54,213 nt of DNA. It comes from a virus. The stretch lies in the UHGV virus genome UHGV-0121358; one strand, given 5' to 3'. Below are positions 36,057 to 44,458 of the stretch, in pieces (the stretch's first letter is position 1; each line of letters opens with the position of its first letter). The notes under the pieces are model-generated. The model did not search any database and was not told the DNA's origin. It saw nothing but the letters and a program-made list of their open reading frames with translations. Made by a program: the position numbers and the translations under genes.

Positions 36057-36570
36057 ATAGCTCTTTACGTGTTATCTGCGTGAAAATACATTCATGTCTG
36101 CACCGTGGATGCCAGATCAAGAACAAGCTCCCCTTATTGTTTCCGCTTGCTGGTTTACCCGTCGCGGCATTAATAAACGCCAGCCGCCCGCGCGTGATTA
36201 ATCGGCATTCATTTGCCGTCTCCACGCCGTTCATAAACCAACTAACAGAAGTGTCGGCTGGCAATAACATTACACAGCCAATATGATTTCGGTGGTGTTC
36301 AAACGCCGCCTTATCAACGAATGGTCCCGGATTAGAATATGGTGGATTCATCCAGACATATTCACCAGGCATCGCCACCGCTCCCCACGGGTAATTAAGC
36401 GTGTTCATTTCTTCGGTTATATATCGCGGAACTAATGCATTTGCCTTGTTTGCCGCCACGTCCGCGACGAATTCGAATTCCCGATCCATTCCTCTAAAAA
36501 CAGGTTTCGGCGTCTGCCATAGGTCTTTTATTTCTTTCGGCGTATGACTGCCGCCGTAATCATTTTTCAT
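36031..36570 (-). CDS. phage N6-adenine DNA methyltransferase (Dam-like)
   Basis: Track ORF; NPPY catalytic motif (VWMNPPYSNPGPF), size ~180 aa typical of small phage Dam-type MTases. Confidence 0.7.
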   Translation of the reverse strand: MKNDYGGSHTPKEIKDLWQTPKPVFRGMDREFEFVADVAANKANALVPRYITEEMNTLNYPWGAVAMPGEYVWMNPPYSNPGPFVDKAAFEHHRNHIGCVMLLPADTSVSWFMNGVETANECRLITRGRLAFINAATGKPASGNNKGSLFLIWHPRCRHECIFTQITRKELYARGADND

Positions 36571-36580
36571 TGCGTCCCCC

Positions 36581-36814
36581 TTAGAAATAATCCTGCTCCG
36601 TCCCCCAGCGGTTATTCAGATACCCCACCAACCACACAAAACGCTCAATGCTGATTAGCGGGGCGACCTTGCGATAATGCTTGTCGAGTATCAGCCGCGT
36701 GGCTTTATCGCTGTAGCCGTTCTTCTCTACCTCCGCTTTGCAGGCCGAAAGCGCGGCGCGGGCGGCAGTCTTTACGGCGTTAAATTGCGGCTCTGACATA
36801 TTGAATAAGGCCAT
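36581..36814 (-). CDS. hypothetical protein
   Basis: Track ORF 36581..36973 truncated to ATG at 36814 (MALFNMSEPQF...). Confidence 0.4.
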   Translation of the reverse strand: MALFNMSEPQFNAVKTAARAALSACKAEVEKNGYSDKATRLILDKHYRKVAPLISIERFVWLVGYLNNRWGTEQDYF

Positions 36815-36818
36815 AGGA

Positions 36819-37070
36819 TCACCATGTGTCAGTCCAATCCGGCGCGGCAGTCCAGCAAAAACCAATGAATGCGCTAACAGCCAATAAAGCGCGGGCTGCA
36901 AAAAGAATATTCCCAATGTCGTTAAATTCAGGAAGCGACCACGTAATAAACATAGCCCCCAGCATAATAACACCGATAACAGTCAGGGCCGCCAGGAAAA
37001 CAAAAAGCGTAGCCAAAAGCCACGCCCCCAACCAGTTAAAAAAGCTCTTAAGCATTTTAAACGTCCTCAA
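36819..37070 (-). CDS. hypothetical membrane protein
   Basis: Track ORF; three hydrophobic segments. Confidence 0.4.
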   Translation of the reverse strand: MRTFKMLKSFFNWLGAWLLATLFVFLAALTVIGVIMLGAMFITWSLPEFNDIGNILFAARALLAVSAFIGFCWTAAPDWTDTW

Positions 37071-37260
37071 TTACCCCGCCTTTCACGCGCTCTTTAATAT
37101 CCCATACGTGAGGCTTGCATATTTCTTGATAGTAGTGATCCGGCCTGCTGCCGAAATACCATTTGCCATCCATATAAAAATAAACGCCAGAAAAATTTCC
37201 TGGCGCTGCCTTTGTTGCTGCTTCTGGAATTTTCCATTCCATGTAATGTTTAAATTTCAT
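37057..37260 (-). CDS. hypothetical protein
   Basis: Track ORF. Confidence 0.4.
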   Translation of the reverse strand: MKFKHYMEWKIPEAATKAAPGNFSGVYFYMDGKWYFGSRPDHYYQEICKPHVWDIKERVKGGVIEDV

Positions 37261-37444
37261 GAGTTTTTAAATAACCTCTTCTGAATGCTTTGATGTAAAT
37301 TCCTAATCTCCTTATATGTTGAACGCCATCAATAAGACGTATTAAATAAATCGCTCCTTTTGCGTCAGATACAAATCTACACCCGAAACCAATGCCAACT
37401 AATTTTAGGCTATCAGGTATTCGATAATCAGTTTCTTGTTCCAT
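37250..37444 (-). CDS. hypothetical protein
   Basis: Track ORF. Confidence 0.35.
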   Translation of the reverse strand: MEQETDYRIPDSLKLVGIGFGCRFVSDAKGAIYLIRLIDGVQHIRRLGIYIKAFRRGYLKTHEI

Positions 37445-37542
37445 ACATTACCTCATATGGTATTCAATAAACCACCTGATAAACAGGTATAAGGCAATAA
37501 AACCCCAGAAACAGCACATATAAAACAATGTATCGTCCATAA

Positions 37543-37818
37543 TTAAGCCTCAATAACACCGTAATCAAACGTGCCTAAATACCGTTCGATACTTACAACC
37601 TCAATACCATCAATACACCGTTTCCACACAGACACCTGGCTTTCATTTTCTCTGAAGTGCATATTAGAAAGCACTTCATCGGCTGGATAGTCTTTCCCGG
37701 CGACGTAGGCATCGTGACCTACGCCACCTTCTACGCAATAAAGCATCAATTCGCGTTCCATTTTTGCTTCCTCCGCACCGTAAACCTTTTGATTTCGGCT
37801 TACAAAACGGATATACAA
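37543..37818 (-). CDS. hypothetical protein
   Basis: Track ORF; start uncertain. Confidence 0.4.
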   Translation of the reverse strand: MYIRFVSRNQKVYGAEEAKMERELMLYCVEGGVGHDAYVAGKDYPADEVLSNMHFRENESQVSVWKRCIDGIEVVSIERYLGTFDYGVIEA

Positions 37819-37860
37819 TCACAATACAAAATGTATATTTATGTGATCGGAATTACTCGG

Positions 37861-38481
37861 TTAATGCAGTACACGTTTTCCCTGTTCAGGCGTCGGCTGT
37901 GCGTTTTTCCGTGCGTAATTAAGCACAGCGATAGCCGCCTGTACGCCGAAATCATTTGCACGCATATCATTGCCAACCATTTCACCGTAAAACAATGGCA
38001 TGAGCGCTTTTACTTCTTCCTCTTTGTGGCCTTCCTCAATGCATTTCTGCAACATCTTAACCTCAAAGATATTTTTCATCAGGACGCGCATAGAATGCAG
38101 TGAAACACTACCAAGCTGTTCCTTGTTCAACGGGAAAATGACAGCACTTCCGAACGCGAGCGGATCAACCTCTTCCGGCACTGGTACGCGTCCGAATTCT
38201 TCCTCCATGCGCTTCACAAAAGTAAGAGAGAATACATAACGCGCTACCGATGTTTTTTCTTCCATACTTAAAGACACGTAATCGCGGATTGACGCACCCA
38301 TCACAATATCAACAACCTGTAGCGCCAGATTCAAATCAGCGTCATACGCGCCAGCTTCCATATCTTTCAATACTTCGTGATAATCTTTAATTTCCACTTC
38401 GTGAAAGTTTGCATCATCTGTATAGCGAGTGATCAACATACCTTCATTACCGAGAGAGTAAGCTGTTTTGATGTCGTTCAT
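37861..38481 (-). CDS. hypothetical protein (206 aa)
   Basis: Track ORF. Confidence 0.5.
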   Translation of the reverse strand: MNDIKTAYSLGNEGMLITRYTDDANFHEVEIKDYHEVLKDMEAGAYDADLNLALQVVDIVMGASIRDYVSLSMEEKTSVARYVFSLTFVKRMEEEFGRVPVPEEVDPLAFGSAVIFPLNKEQLGSVSLHSMRVLMKNIFEVKMLQKCIEEGHKEEEVKALMPLFYGEMVGNDMRANDFGVQAAIAVLNYARKNAQPTPEQGKRVLH

Positions 38482-38494
38482 GATATTTATCCTT

Positions 38495-38827
38495 TTATAG
38501 TGGGTGATGCCATTTCATTTCAGTTTCTGAATTAAACGGGTTTCCTTCGCTTGAAAGGAATAAATCACGCTCCCGTTTCAGTTCTTCCGGGCTTATTTCT
38601 ATTTCATCAATCTGACCGAACGATCCCGGCATCATTCGTTTTAAATCAGATAGCGGACGCATAAGGCCGCAGCCGCGTAACAGCATATCGACCGCGAATT
38701 GTCTACGTCCGCCAGCGTCATTGAAGCGCCGCGCCCAGGGCACAACCACGATCCGGCGTTCGAATTCGATAAATAGTGATAGCTTGTTTGTTTCGCTATC
38801 ATATGCTTTATGGAATTTAATTTTCAT
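38495..38827 (-). CDS. hypothetical protein
   Basis: Track ORF. Confidence 0.45.
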   Translation of the reverse strand: MKIKFHKAYDSETNKLSLFIEFERRIVVVPWARRFNDAGGRRQFAVDMLLRGCGLMRPLSDLKRMMPGSFGQIDEIEISPEELKRERDLFLSSEGNPFNSETEMKWHHPL

Positions 38828-39008
38828 TTAACACCTCAACATATTGTTCAAGATGCCATTGACCCACCTCATCATCTTCCTCGTCAAATAATGTTACCTG
38901 ACCACCAGGCCCAAAAGAAAAGGCAGCTATGATAAATTTATACCCATACCACGTACGGATCTTTTCGCCGCCTTTTAAATCTTTAACTTTTACCAATTTT
39001 ATAGCCAT
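38817..39008 (-). CDS. hypothetical protein
   Basis: Track ORF. Confidence 0.4.
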   Translation of the reverse strand: MAIKLVKVKDLKGGEKIRTWYGYKFIIAAFSFGPGGQVTLFDEEDDEVGQWHLEQYVEVLNEN

Positions 39009-39271
39009 ACGCCGAACATCCCATTCAGTCCGGCGAACAATTTCCGCCAGTGGTCTTCAACATAAGCCCGGAACGGCTTAACGCGAACGTTACGGGCCTT
39101 CAGTTCGATCTTGTCAAAGAAGCGCGGCTCTATAATTGTTCCGTCCAGATATTTAACCAGGATCGGACGCTCAAGATCGTTATATGTCTTATTCAGCACA
39201 ACCAGACCAGGGTCTTTACGGTATTCCGGGAGCACGACCAGATCACCCGTTTTGATATTCATGAATGGCAT
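38999..39271 (-). CDS. hypothetical protein
   Basis: Track ORF 38999..39274 (GTG) with ATG at 39271; ATG overlaps stop of upstream mini-ORF. Confidence 0.45.
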   Translation of the reverse strand: MPFMNIKTGDLVVLPEYRKDPGLVVLNKTYNDLERPILVKYLDGTIIEPRFFDKIELKARNVRVKPFRAYVEDHWRKLFAGLNGMFGVWL

Positions 39272-39387
39272 CACATCACCCCGCCGATATAGCTAATAAT
39301 TGCCGCAGTCGCGCCAGCTATTACCACCATGAAGACGAAAGCGACCACATAGAAAACAGCCTTGACAGTATTTTTGTCGACTCGCAT
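39271..39387 (-). CDS. possible 38-aa membrane mini-protein (MRVDKNTVKAVFYVVAFVFMVVIAGATAAIISYIGGVM)
   Basis: Own translation; GAGG SD 6 nt upstream; below track cutoff. Confidence 0.3.
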   Translation of the reverse strand: MRVDKNTVKAVFYVVAFVFMVVIAGATAAIISYIGGVM

Positions 39388-39394
39388 ATAAACC

Positions 39395-39502
39395 TCACAT
39401 GTCAGTAATCAGCTTAACAATCGCCACAGTGATATAGAGTGACGCACTAAGGTAAACAGCCGCCACAGCAACGGCGGCGGATAACATTGCAATCTTTTTC
39501 AT
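39395..39502 (-). CDS. possible 35-aa membrane mini-protein (MKKIAMLSAAVAVAAVYLSASLYITVAIVKLITDM)
   Basis: Own translation; GGAGGGTGG SD; ATG overlaps stop of upstream gene (ATGA). Confidence 0.3.
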   Translation of the reverse strand: MKKIAMLSAAVAVAAVYLSASLYITVAIVKLITDM

Positions 39503-39750
39503 TTGCCACCCTCCGCAATGAACTTATCAAGCCATTTGTTATTAGCCAGCCGTTCGGCATCTTCGCCAAATGATTTACGTTCGCTTAATTCCTTGCGCGT
39601 CGGGAAAGGCCATTTATCGTGCCAGCCCGCCGACGTTTCGAATTCATAGTTATCGCCACCGAATTCGACAAATACATCACCATCGTCTGAGGTTTCCGCA
39701 GTCCCCTGAAAACCGCGCCCGTTATTTTCGCTTAATGTTGTAGCTGTCAT
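39499..39750 (-). CDS. hypothetical acidic protein
   Basis: Track ORF. Confidence 0.45.
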   Translation of the reverse strand: MTATTLSENNGRGFQGTAETSDDGDVFVEFGGDNYEFETSAGWHDKWPFPTRKELSERKSFGEDAERLANNKWLDKFIAEGGK

Positions 39751-39762
39751 GGTAATACCTCA

Positions 39763-40041
39763 TTAATCGTTAATAACCTTGCCCATACGCCCGCGATATT
39801 TGCGCATTCGTGGATCAACATATTCAGGCCACTGCATATCATCAGTTTTCTGTAGCGGGTAAGAACTCGCTCGCCAGTTGTCAAACCAGATTTGCTTCGC
39901 GTACAGGTCACTAAATCTTTTCGCCATTCGATCCGCTGCCGTGCCGCATAAAAAAAGCCCGCGATCGATTTGATCGCGGGCTTCTTTTAATACTTGCTCT
40001 TTTGTTCGTGGTTGCGGTGGCGGTTTTAGACAATCACTCAT
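39763..40041 (-). CDS. hypothetical protein
   Basis: Track ORF 39763..40173 truncated to ATG at 40041, 16 nt after the SSB stop. Confidence 0.4.
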   Translation of the reverse strand: MSDCLKPPPQPRTKEQVLKEARDQIDRGLFLCGTAADRMAKRFSDLYAKQIWFDNWRASSYPLQKTDDMQWPEYVDPRMRKYRGRMGKVIND

Positions 40042-40057
40042 CGCTAACACATTGATT

Positions 40058-40477
40058 CTAAAAAGGAATATCGTCGTCGAAGTCCATCGGAGGCGGATTA
40101 TTCCCGTTATTATTCTGCTGCTGCGGCGGCGCTTTCTGCTGCTGTCCTTGCTGCTGGCCTTGTTGGTTAACATTCATGAATTCAAATTCATTAACCGCCA
40201 CTTCTACCGCAGTCCCCTTCGTGCCGTCGTTCCGGTCATATTGCCGAACATCCAGGCGACCGCTTACCACTATTTTTCCACCCTTGCGGATATGTGGCGC
40301 TAATTTTTCCGCACGCTCACCAAATACCAGGCAAGTGATCCACATTGTCCGCTTGTTATCACCGTAGCCATTCGTTACAGCTAACGGAAAACTACCAATC
40401 GCTTTACCGTTTTGCGTGTAGCGAACTTCCATGTCGTTTCCGATATTCCCGCCCAGCGTAATTGAATTCAAACTCAT
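40058..40477 (-). CDS. ssb: single-stranded DNA-binding protein
   Basis: Track ORF; OB-fold-like N-terminal region, Gln/Gly-rich linker and acidic C-terminal tip DFDDDIPF characteristic of SSB. Confidence 0.85.
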   Translation of the reverse strand: MSLNSITLGGNIGNDMEVRYTQNGKAIGSFPLAVTNGYGDNKRTMWITCLVFGERAEKLAPHIRKGGKIVVSGRLDVRQYDRNDGTKGTAVEVAVNEFEFMNVNQQGQQQGQQQKAPPQQQNNNGNNPPPMDFDDDIPF

Positions 40478-41121
40478 TAACCCATCTCCCCGTTAAGCTC
40501 TGCGACCCGGATGTCATAAACATCTTTTGCCTTGATTCGATGTTCCGATCCTTCCGGTAGTAATTTCCAGCATTTGCCAAATATTTCACGCAGCTTGTTA
40601 GCGTCCTGCGCTTTCGCTGCTGCATCACAGAAACGTGCTAATACTTCATCAGGATTTGGCGGCGCTTTCTTCTGCTGCGGTTGTTGTTTTGGTGGGTTTT
40701 TCTGTTGTCGCGGCTGCTGGCCTGTCTGCTTCGCGTAAGCATCAGTATCAGGATCGCGAGCATCATCTATACAGAATAAACCGTTCAAAGCATATTTACG
40801 CGCGTAACTTGATGTTGCTCCTGTTAGCTGGCTGGCGTCCATACCCTTCTTGTTTTCTTCCTCCCTGGCATAAGCAGTTACCGCTATTACGTCTTCACCG
40901 TCGCTTAGCGTCGCCGTTGCTTTCACATAATAGCGATTGCCGATCAGGACAATTTCATCACTAACAGTCAGCGTGATATTTTGAAGCAGTGGTTTAACCG
41001 CCTCTAAAATATCCTCCGCCGACCTGTAATTATATCCACCAAAATTATTACGCTGATTTTTCGGCGCGTTCAGCGTTTGCTGAATCGTCCATAGCTTTTT
41101 ATGTAACTCTGTTTTCACCAT
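40477..41121 (-). CDS. erf: Erf single-strand annealing recombinase
   Basis: Track ORF; blocks LNAPKNQ, EDILEAVKPLL, DEIVLIGNRYYVKATAT, AREEENKKGMDASQLTGATSSYARKYALNGLF closely match my recollection of P22 Erf. Confidence 0.85.
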   Translation of the reverse strand: MVKTELHKKLWTIQQTLNAPKNQRNNFGGYNYRSAEDILEAVKPLLQNITLTVSDEIVLIGNRYYVKATATLSDGEDVIAVTAYAREEENKKGMDASQLTGATSSYARKYALNGLFCIDDARDPDTDAYAKQTGQQPRQQKNPPKQQPQQKKAPPNPDEVLARFCDAAAKAQDANKLREIFGKCWKLLPEGSEHRIKAKDVYDIRVAELNGEMG

Positions 41122-41267
41122 TTAATCTCCCGTGCTGTTAACACTATGTATAAGGCTTTATTCGCGGCGCTCCACATTTCGGCATCGTGAAGCATTTCCG
41201 CTACTGCCAGTTTGAATTGAAGCGCCTGAATAACCATAATGTCATCTCCGGATGTTTACATTTTGTA

Positions 41268-41558
41268 TTAATGGTAGCGGACTTTATCCAGGGGTTTTTC
41301 CCCTAAATGGCGTGGTTGCGTTGCGTGGTAGTAGCTGCCGCTTTCATTTTCCGTATACCATTTTACTGATCCTTTGCGACGTTCTTTAATGCTATTTGGT
41401 TTGCATCTTTCCTCGTTTGCAAATCGAATAGCTTTATCCACATTGTCTGTTTTATTGATTGCAGGTGATGATTTTCTTTCGTTTTCTCTTTTTATCCTTC
41501 TGCGTTCCCTGGCATTCATTTTGCTATCACATTTACCATATATAATTGTAACGCTCAT
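41268..41558 (-). CDS. N: N-like transcription antiterminator (P22 gene 24-like)
   Basis: Track ORF; GGAG SD; N-terminus MSVTIIYGK...NARERRRIKRE with arginine-rich motif resembles P22 gp24 (MTVITYGK...AKTRRHERRR); nut-like site upstream. Confidence 0.7.
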   Translation of the reverse strand: MSVTIIYGKCDSKMNARERRRIKRENERKSSPAINKTDNVDKAIRFANEERCKPNSIKERRKGSVKWYTENESGSYYHATQPRHLGEKPLDKVRYH

Positions 41559-41614
41559 AATCTGATCTCCGTATATCCTTGATGATACTTAATAAAAAAT
41601 CATCTTCGTTAATT

Positions 41615-41652
41615 GCCGCACTTCCAGCGGCTGACCAGATTGTTAATGAGCG
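41615..41652 (-). promoter_or_regulatory. putative nutL (boxA-like CGCTCATTAA plus boxB-like hairpin)
   Basis: On minus-strand transcript: CGCTCATTAA (41652-41643), 11-nt spacer, hairpin GCCGC-UGGAAGU-GCGGC (41631-41615), between pL candidate and N start. Confidence 0.4.
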
Positions 41653-41906
41653 GCTTAACATCTTTCAACTAATCCCGCAATCATCGCCGTTCCCGGCGTG
41701 ACCTTGCTCACTCCAAGCAAGCTGACTCGTCGCCTTGCGTGCGGTTTCGTGGGGGATGTAACGCTTTAAACACCCCATGCGCCTTGTTATCAGTGCCGCT
41801 TTCGGTCCCCCATCGGGGAGTTACTCCACGGTTGACAAGGTGTTAAGCCTGATTTTTAAAGTGCCAGGAAGTTGCTTTTGTTACCTGCGCCCTTCCTTTG
41901 ACTCGC

Positions 41907-41935
41907 AATATACGCCCCGTAAAACATCGAGTCAA
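41907..41935 (-). promoter_or_regulatory. candidate early-left promoter pL
   Basis: Minus strand -35 TTGACT (41935-41930), 17-nt spacer, -10 TATATT (41912-41907); recurrent motif TACAAAATGG abuts the -35 on its upstream side. Confidence 0.45.
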
Positions 41936-42035
41936 TCCATTTTGTATACTTTTTTAAAATATTTTATATGCCATTGATATTTAAATAATAAATAACGTTT
42001 TCTGTTTACGTTTTGGTGTTTTCCAGGCAAAGAAA

Positions 42036-42053
42036 AGCCGCCATTCGGCGGCT
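42036..42053 (-). terminator. rho-independent terminator after repressor gene
   Basis: Stem AGCCGCC / GGCGGCT with loop ATTC; T-rich tract follows on the minus strand; 6 nt downstream of cI stop. Confidence 0.6.
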
Positions 42054-42058
42054 AATGT

Positions 42059-42706
42059 TTATGGCAGGTTTACGATCTTCGCATCAACCACCACGCCTAT
42101 AATTTTTGATTCTGGATTCATAGGGATTGGCGGATACAGCGGATTGAGCGAACGTAAAAGCCTTTGACCTCCATCAATAATCAACTGTTTAAACGTCGGT
42201 ATCTGCCCTTCCTCAAGCTGGGCTATAACCAGTTTGCCGTCAATAGCTGGCGCGTGCGGGTCCACAAGTATCATCGTCCCCGCCGGGATGCTCAACCCCT
42301 GCGGCGCGTTCATTGATTCACCTTTGGCAACCAGCCAGTAACTGTCATCTGAACAAATAACGCTAGTCGTAACGTGTCGTAATGCTGAACGCCTTGCGTC
42401 ATCCATATTGTTTACTGTGTCCTTCCAGTCAATAACCGGGTAACTACCTAAATCACGCGGCGGCACGGCCTGAAGTGTATTAGAAACAGAATCATCAATG
42501 ACCATGCCATCATGTGTAACAGTAAACTGCCGACGACCAAGCTCGCGCATAATCCGCGCAATATCTTCAAGATTTGGCTCTCGGCGACCGTTCAGCCAGT
42601 GTGACAGGCCGCCTTTAGTTATCCCCATACGATCCGCGAGCGAATCCTGGCTCATGCCCTGCGCCCGCATGAGCTGCTTTGCTAAGTCATACCATTTTGT
42701 TTTCAT
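42059..42706 (-). CDS. cI: cI-type repressor (HTH_XRE N-terminus, LexA/S24 peptidase-like C-terminus)
   Basis: Track ORF; N-terminal HTH (QDSLADRMGITKGGLSHWLNG), C-terminal S24-like region with conserved Ser (GESM) and Lys (PTFKQL); divergent from replication operon. Confidence 0.85.
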   Translation of the reverse strand: MKTKWYDLAKQLMRAQGMSQDSLADRMGITKGGLSHWLNGRREPNLEDIARIMRELGRRQFTVTHDGMVIDDSVSNTLQAVPPRDLGSYPVIDWKDTVNNMDDARRSALRHVTTSVICSDDSYWLVAKGESMNAPQGLSIPAGTMILVDPHAPAIDGKLVIAQLEEGQIPTFKQLIIDGGQRLLRSLNPLYPPIPMNPESKIIGVVVDAKIVNLP

Positions 42707-42736
42707 GTCGCTACCCTATAACCTCAAAAAGTTTGA

Positions 42737-42820
42737 TGCAAGTCACAAAACGTGTATTTTAAGCCTTGATCTTAAAATTCCATTTTGTAAACTTGCAGAC
42801 AAGGTAAGGCCATACTTGCA
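42737..42820. promoter_or_regulatory. candidate operator region: three copies of heptamer ACTTGCA/TGCAAGT
   Basis: TGCAAGT at 42737-42743; ACTTGCA at 42791-42797 and 42814-42820, each followed by CAAGG; in the cI / right-operon intergenic region. Confidence 0.35.
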
Positions 42821-43011
42821 AAGACGCAAGGAAAAAGATAACGGAAGGCACAAAAAGGCACTTACCTTATGCTCTTTAAAAATCCGGTGTCGCTGCGAAG
42901 CGAAAAACAAATATCACGCAACGGCGGGATCTGTTGAGCGGTCAGTCACTGCTATCTAATGCTAATGGGATGCCCGCCCGCGCGTTCACTCTAACCATAG
43001 GAGAAAATGCG

Positions 43012-43269
43012 ATGAGTATAAACATGATTAGTAAAGCATGGAACGTAAAACTTAATAGCCCGATTCAAAAACTTGTCTTAATGGCTCTGGCTGAAAAGGC
43101 AGATAACAAAGGACGGGTACATGATGCATCACGCAAAGAAGTAGCCGCAATGTGTGAACTTCCTGTTCATACGGTACATGATGCCTTCGCCGCGTTAATG
43201 GATAAAGGATTTGTTTGTCGTCTTGATGCATTCAGTGATGTCTATGTAGTGATGTTGCCGGAGGGATGA
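43012..43269 (+). CDS. HTH DNA-binding protein (first gene of rightward operon)
   Basis: Track ORF 42934..43269 truncated to ATG at 43012 with AGGAG SD; KLVLMALAEKADNKGRV...SRKEVAAMCELPVHTVHDAFAALMDKGFV resembles HTH domains of replication initiator N-termini. Confidence 0.55.
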   Translation: MSINMISKAWNVKLNSPIQKLVLMALAEKADNKGRVHDASRKEVAAMCELPVHTVHDAFAALMDKGFVCRLDAFSDVYVVMLPEG

Positions 43270-43272
43270 TCT

Positions 43273-44325
43273 ATGAAGTGGTTTAAGCATGACAGCGATG
43301 CGAACCGCGATGAAAAACTTCAAAACGTTTTGTTAGATTATGGCCTGGAAGGGTACGGGCTTTATTGGTATTGCCTCGAACTAATAACTTATGACGTAGA
43401 TCAGCACAATCTGACTTTTGACCTACGACATGACGCGAGAATCATTGCGCGAAACGTCGGATCGACTGAAAAACGTATAGAAGAAATGATGAAATACTTC
43501 ATCGAAATTGGTTTGTTTGAATGTTCTCAAGGCCACATAACTTGTTTAAAGTTATTGAAAAGGCTTGACCAATCAATGACTTCTAAAAGCGCGTACAGGG
43601 CCGCCATAAACACAGCTAAGGAGCAATTAAAATTAGAAAAGTTAATCAATCCAACACAAAAAGGTCATGATAGGGTCATGACCGGGTCAGGAAAGGGTCA
43701 TGAATTAGAATTAGAAGTAGAAGAAGAAAGAGAAAAAGATATATACACTTCGTGTATTGTCGAAAATGAACAAAAAATGGTCAATCATGATGGCGTAAAC
43801 GAAGCGGCGTTGCGTTGCCTGGCCTTCTACAACGACAAGGCAGGATGCAAATGTCGTGATGCGAAGCCATTCATCGAACTACTGACAGAAACAAAAACAC
43901 GTAAAGCGTATACGGAGGATGAGATCACATTAGTGATTGAGTGGGCTTTAACGCAATGGCGTAGCCGTGGTGGAACACCTAAGCCTATCAATATTTGCCG
44001 GGTAACTAAATTTGATGGGTATCTGACTGATGCTGAACAATGGCGCAAACTGTCAGCCACTGCAAACGCTGCCGACGTGGTGGAAGCATTTAACAGCACG
44101 TTTGACGGCCTGTTACCACCTGTCGAACTGGATCGGGATCTTGAACGCAAGATCTATGCGTTCACTGACTACCTGAAAGACAAAAGCATTAACGGCTTTG
44201 TCGCCTACTTCGAAACATTCAAAAACACGGCTTCAGATTTTTACTTCGGCAATGGCTTCACAGCGACACTTGATTTCCTGCTTAAACCAAAAACGCTACG
44301 CGACACACGCGCAGGCGCTCTTTGA
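43273..44325 (+). CDS. replisome organizer / replication initiation protein (DUF4373-like N-terminus)
   Basis: Track ORF; N-terminus MKWFKHDSDANRDEKL...YGLEGYGLYWYCLEL matches the Lin1244/DUF4373 pattern as I recall it; followed by helicase gene. Confidence 0.7.
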   Translation: MKWFKHDSDANRDEKLQNVLLDYGLEGYGLYWYCLELITYDVDQHNLTFDLRHDARIIARNVGSTEKRIEEMMKYFIEIGLFECSQGHITCLKLLKRLDQSMTSKSAYRAAINTAKEQLKLEKLINPTQKGHDRVMTGSGKGHELELEVEEEREKDIYTSCIVENEQKMVNHDGVNEAALRCLAFYNDKAGCKCRDAKPFIELLTETKTRKAYTEDEITLVIEWALTQWRSRGGTPKPINICRVTKFDGYLTDAEQWRKLSATANAADVVEAFNSTFDGLLPPVELDRDLERKIYAFTDYLKDKSINGFVAYFETFKNTASDFYFGNGFTATLDFLLKPKTLRDTRAGAL

Positions 44326-44458
44326 CCAACCACGATTCGCAAAAATCCAAAATTACCCACAAAACAACCTCACCAGCGAGCTAAAACACGCATGGTGCTA
44401 CGATTGCATATCTTTAGCTATTTAGCTCGTTATAGAGCGTTTTAGAGAGGATTTTAAA

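Noticed and set aside
42707-43011. Search for a separate Cro-sized gene between the repressor gene and the first rightward gene
   Set aside because: Only very short frames (8-22 codons) without SD sequences were found; the track ORF starting at 42934 uses a TTG and is better explained by the SD-preceded ATG at 43012.
44198-44425. Track ORF of 75 aa overlapping the 3' end of the replisome-organizer gene
   Set aside because: Overlaps a well-supported gene in another frame and lacks a ribosome-binding site.
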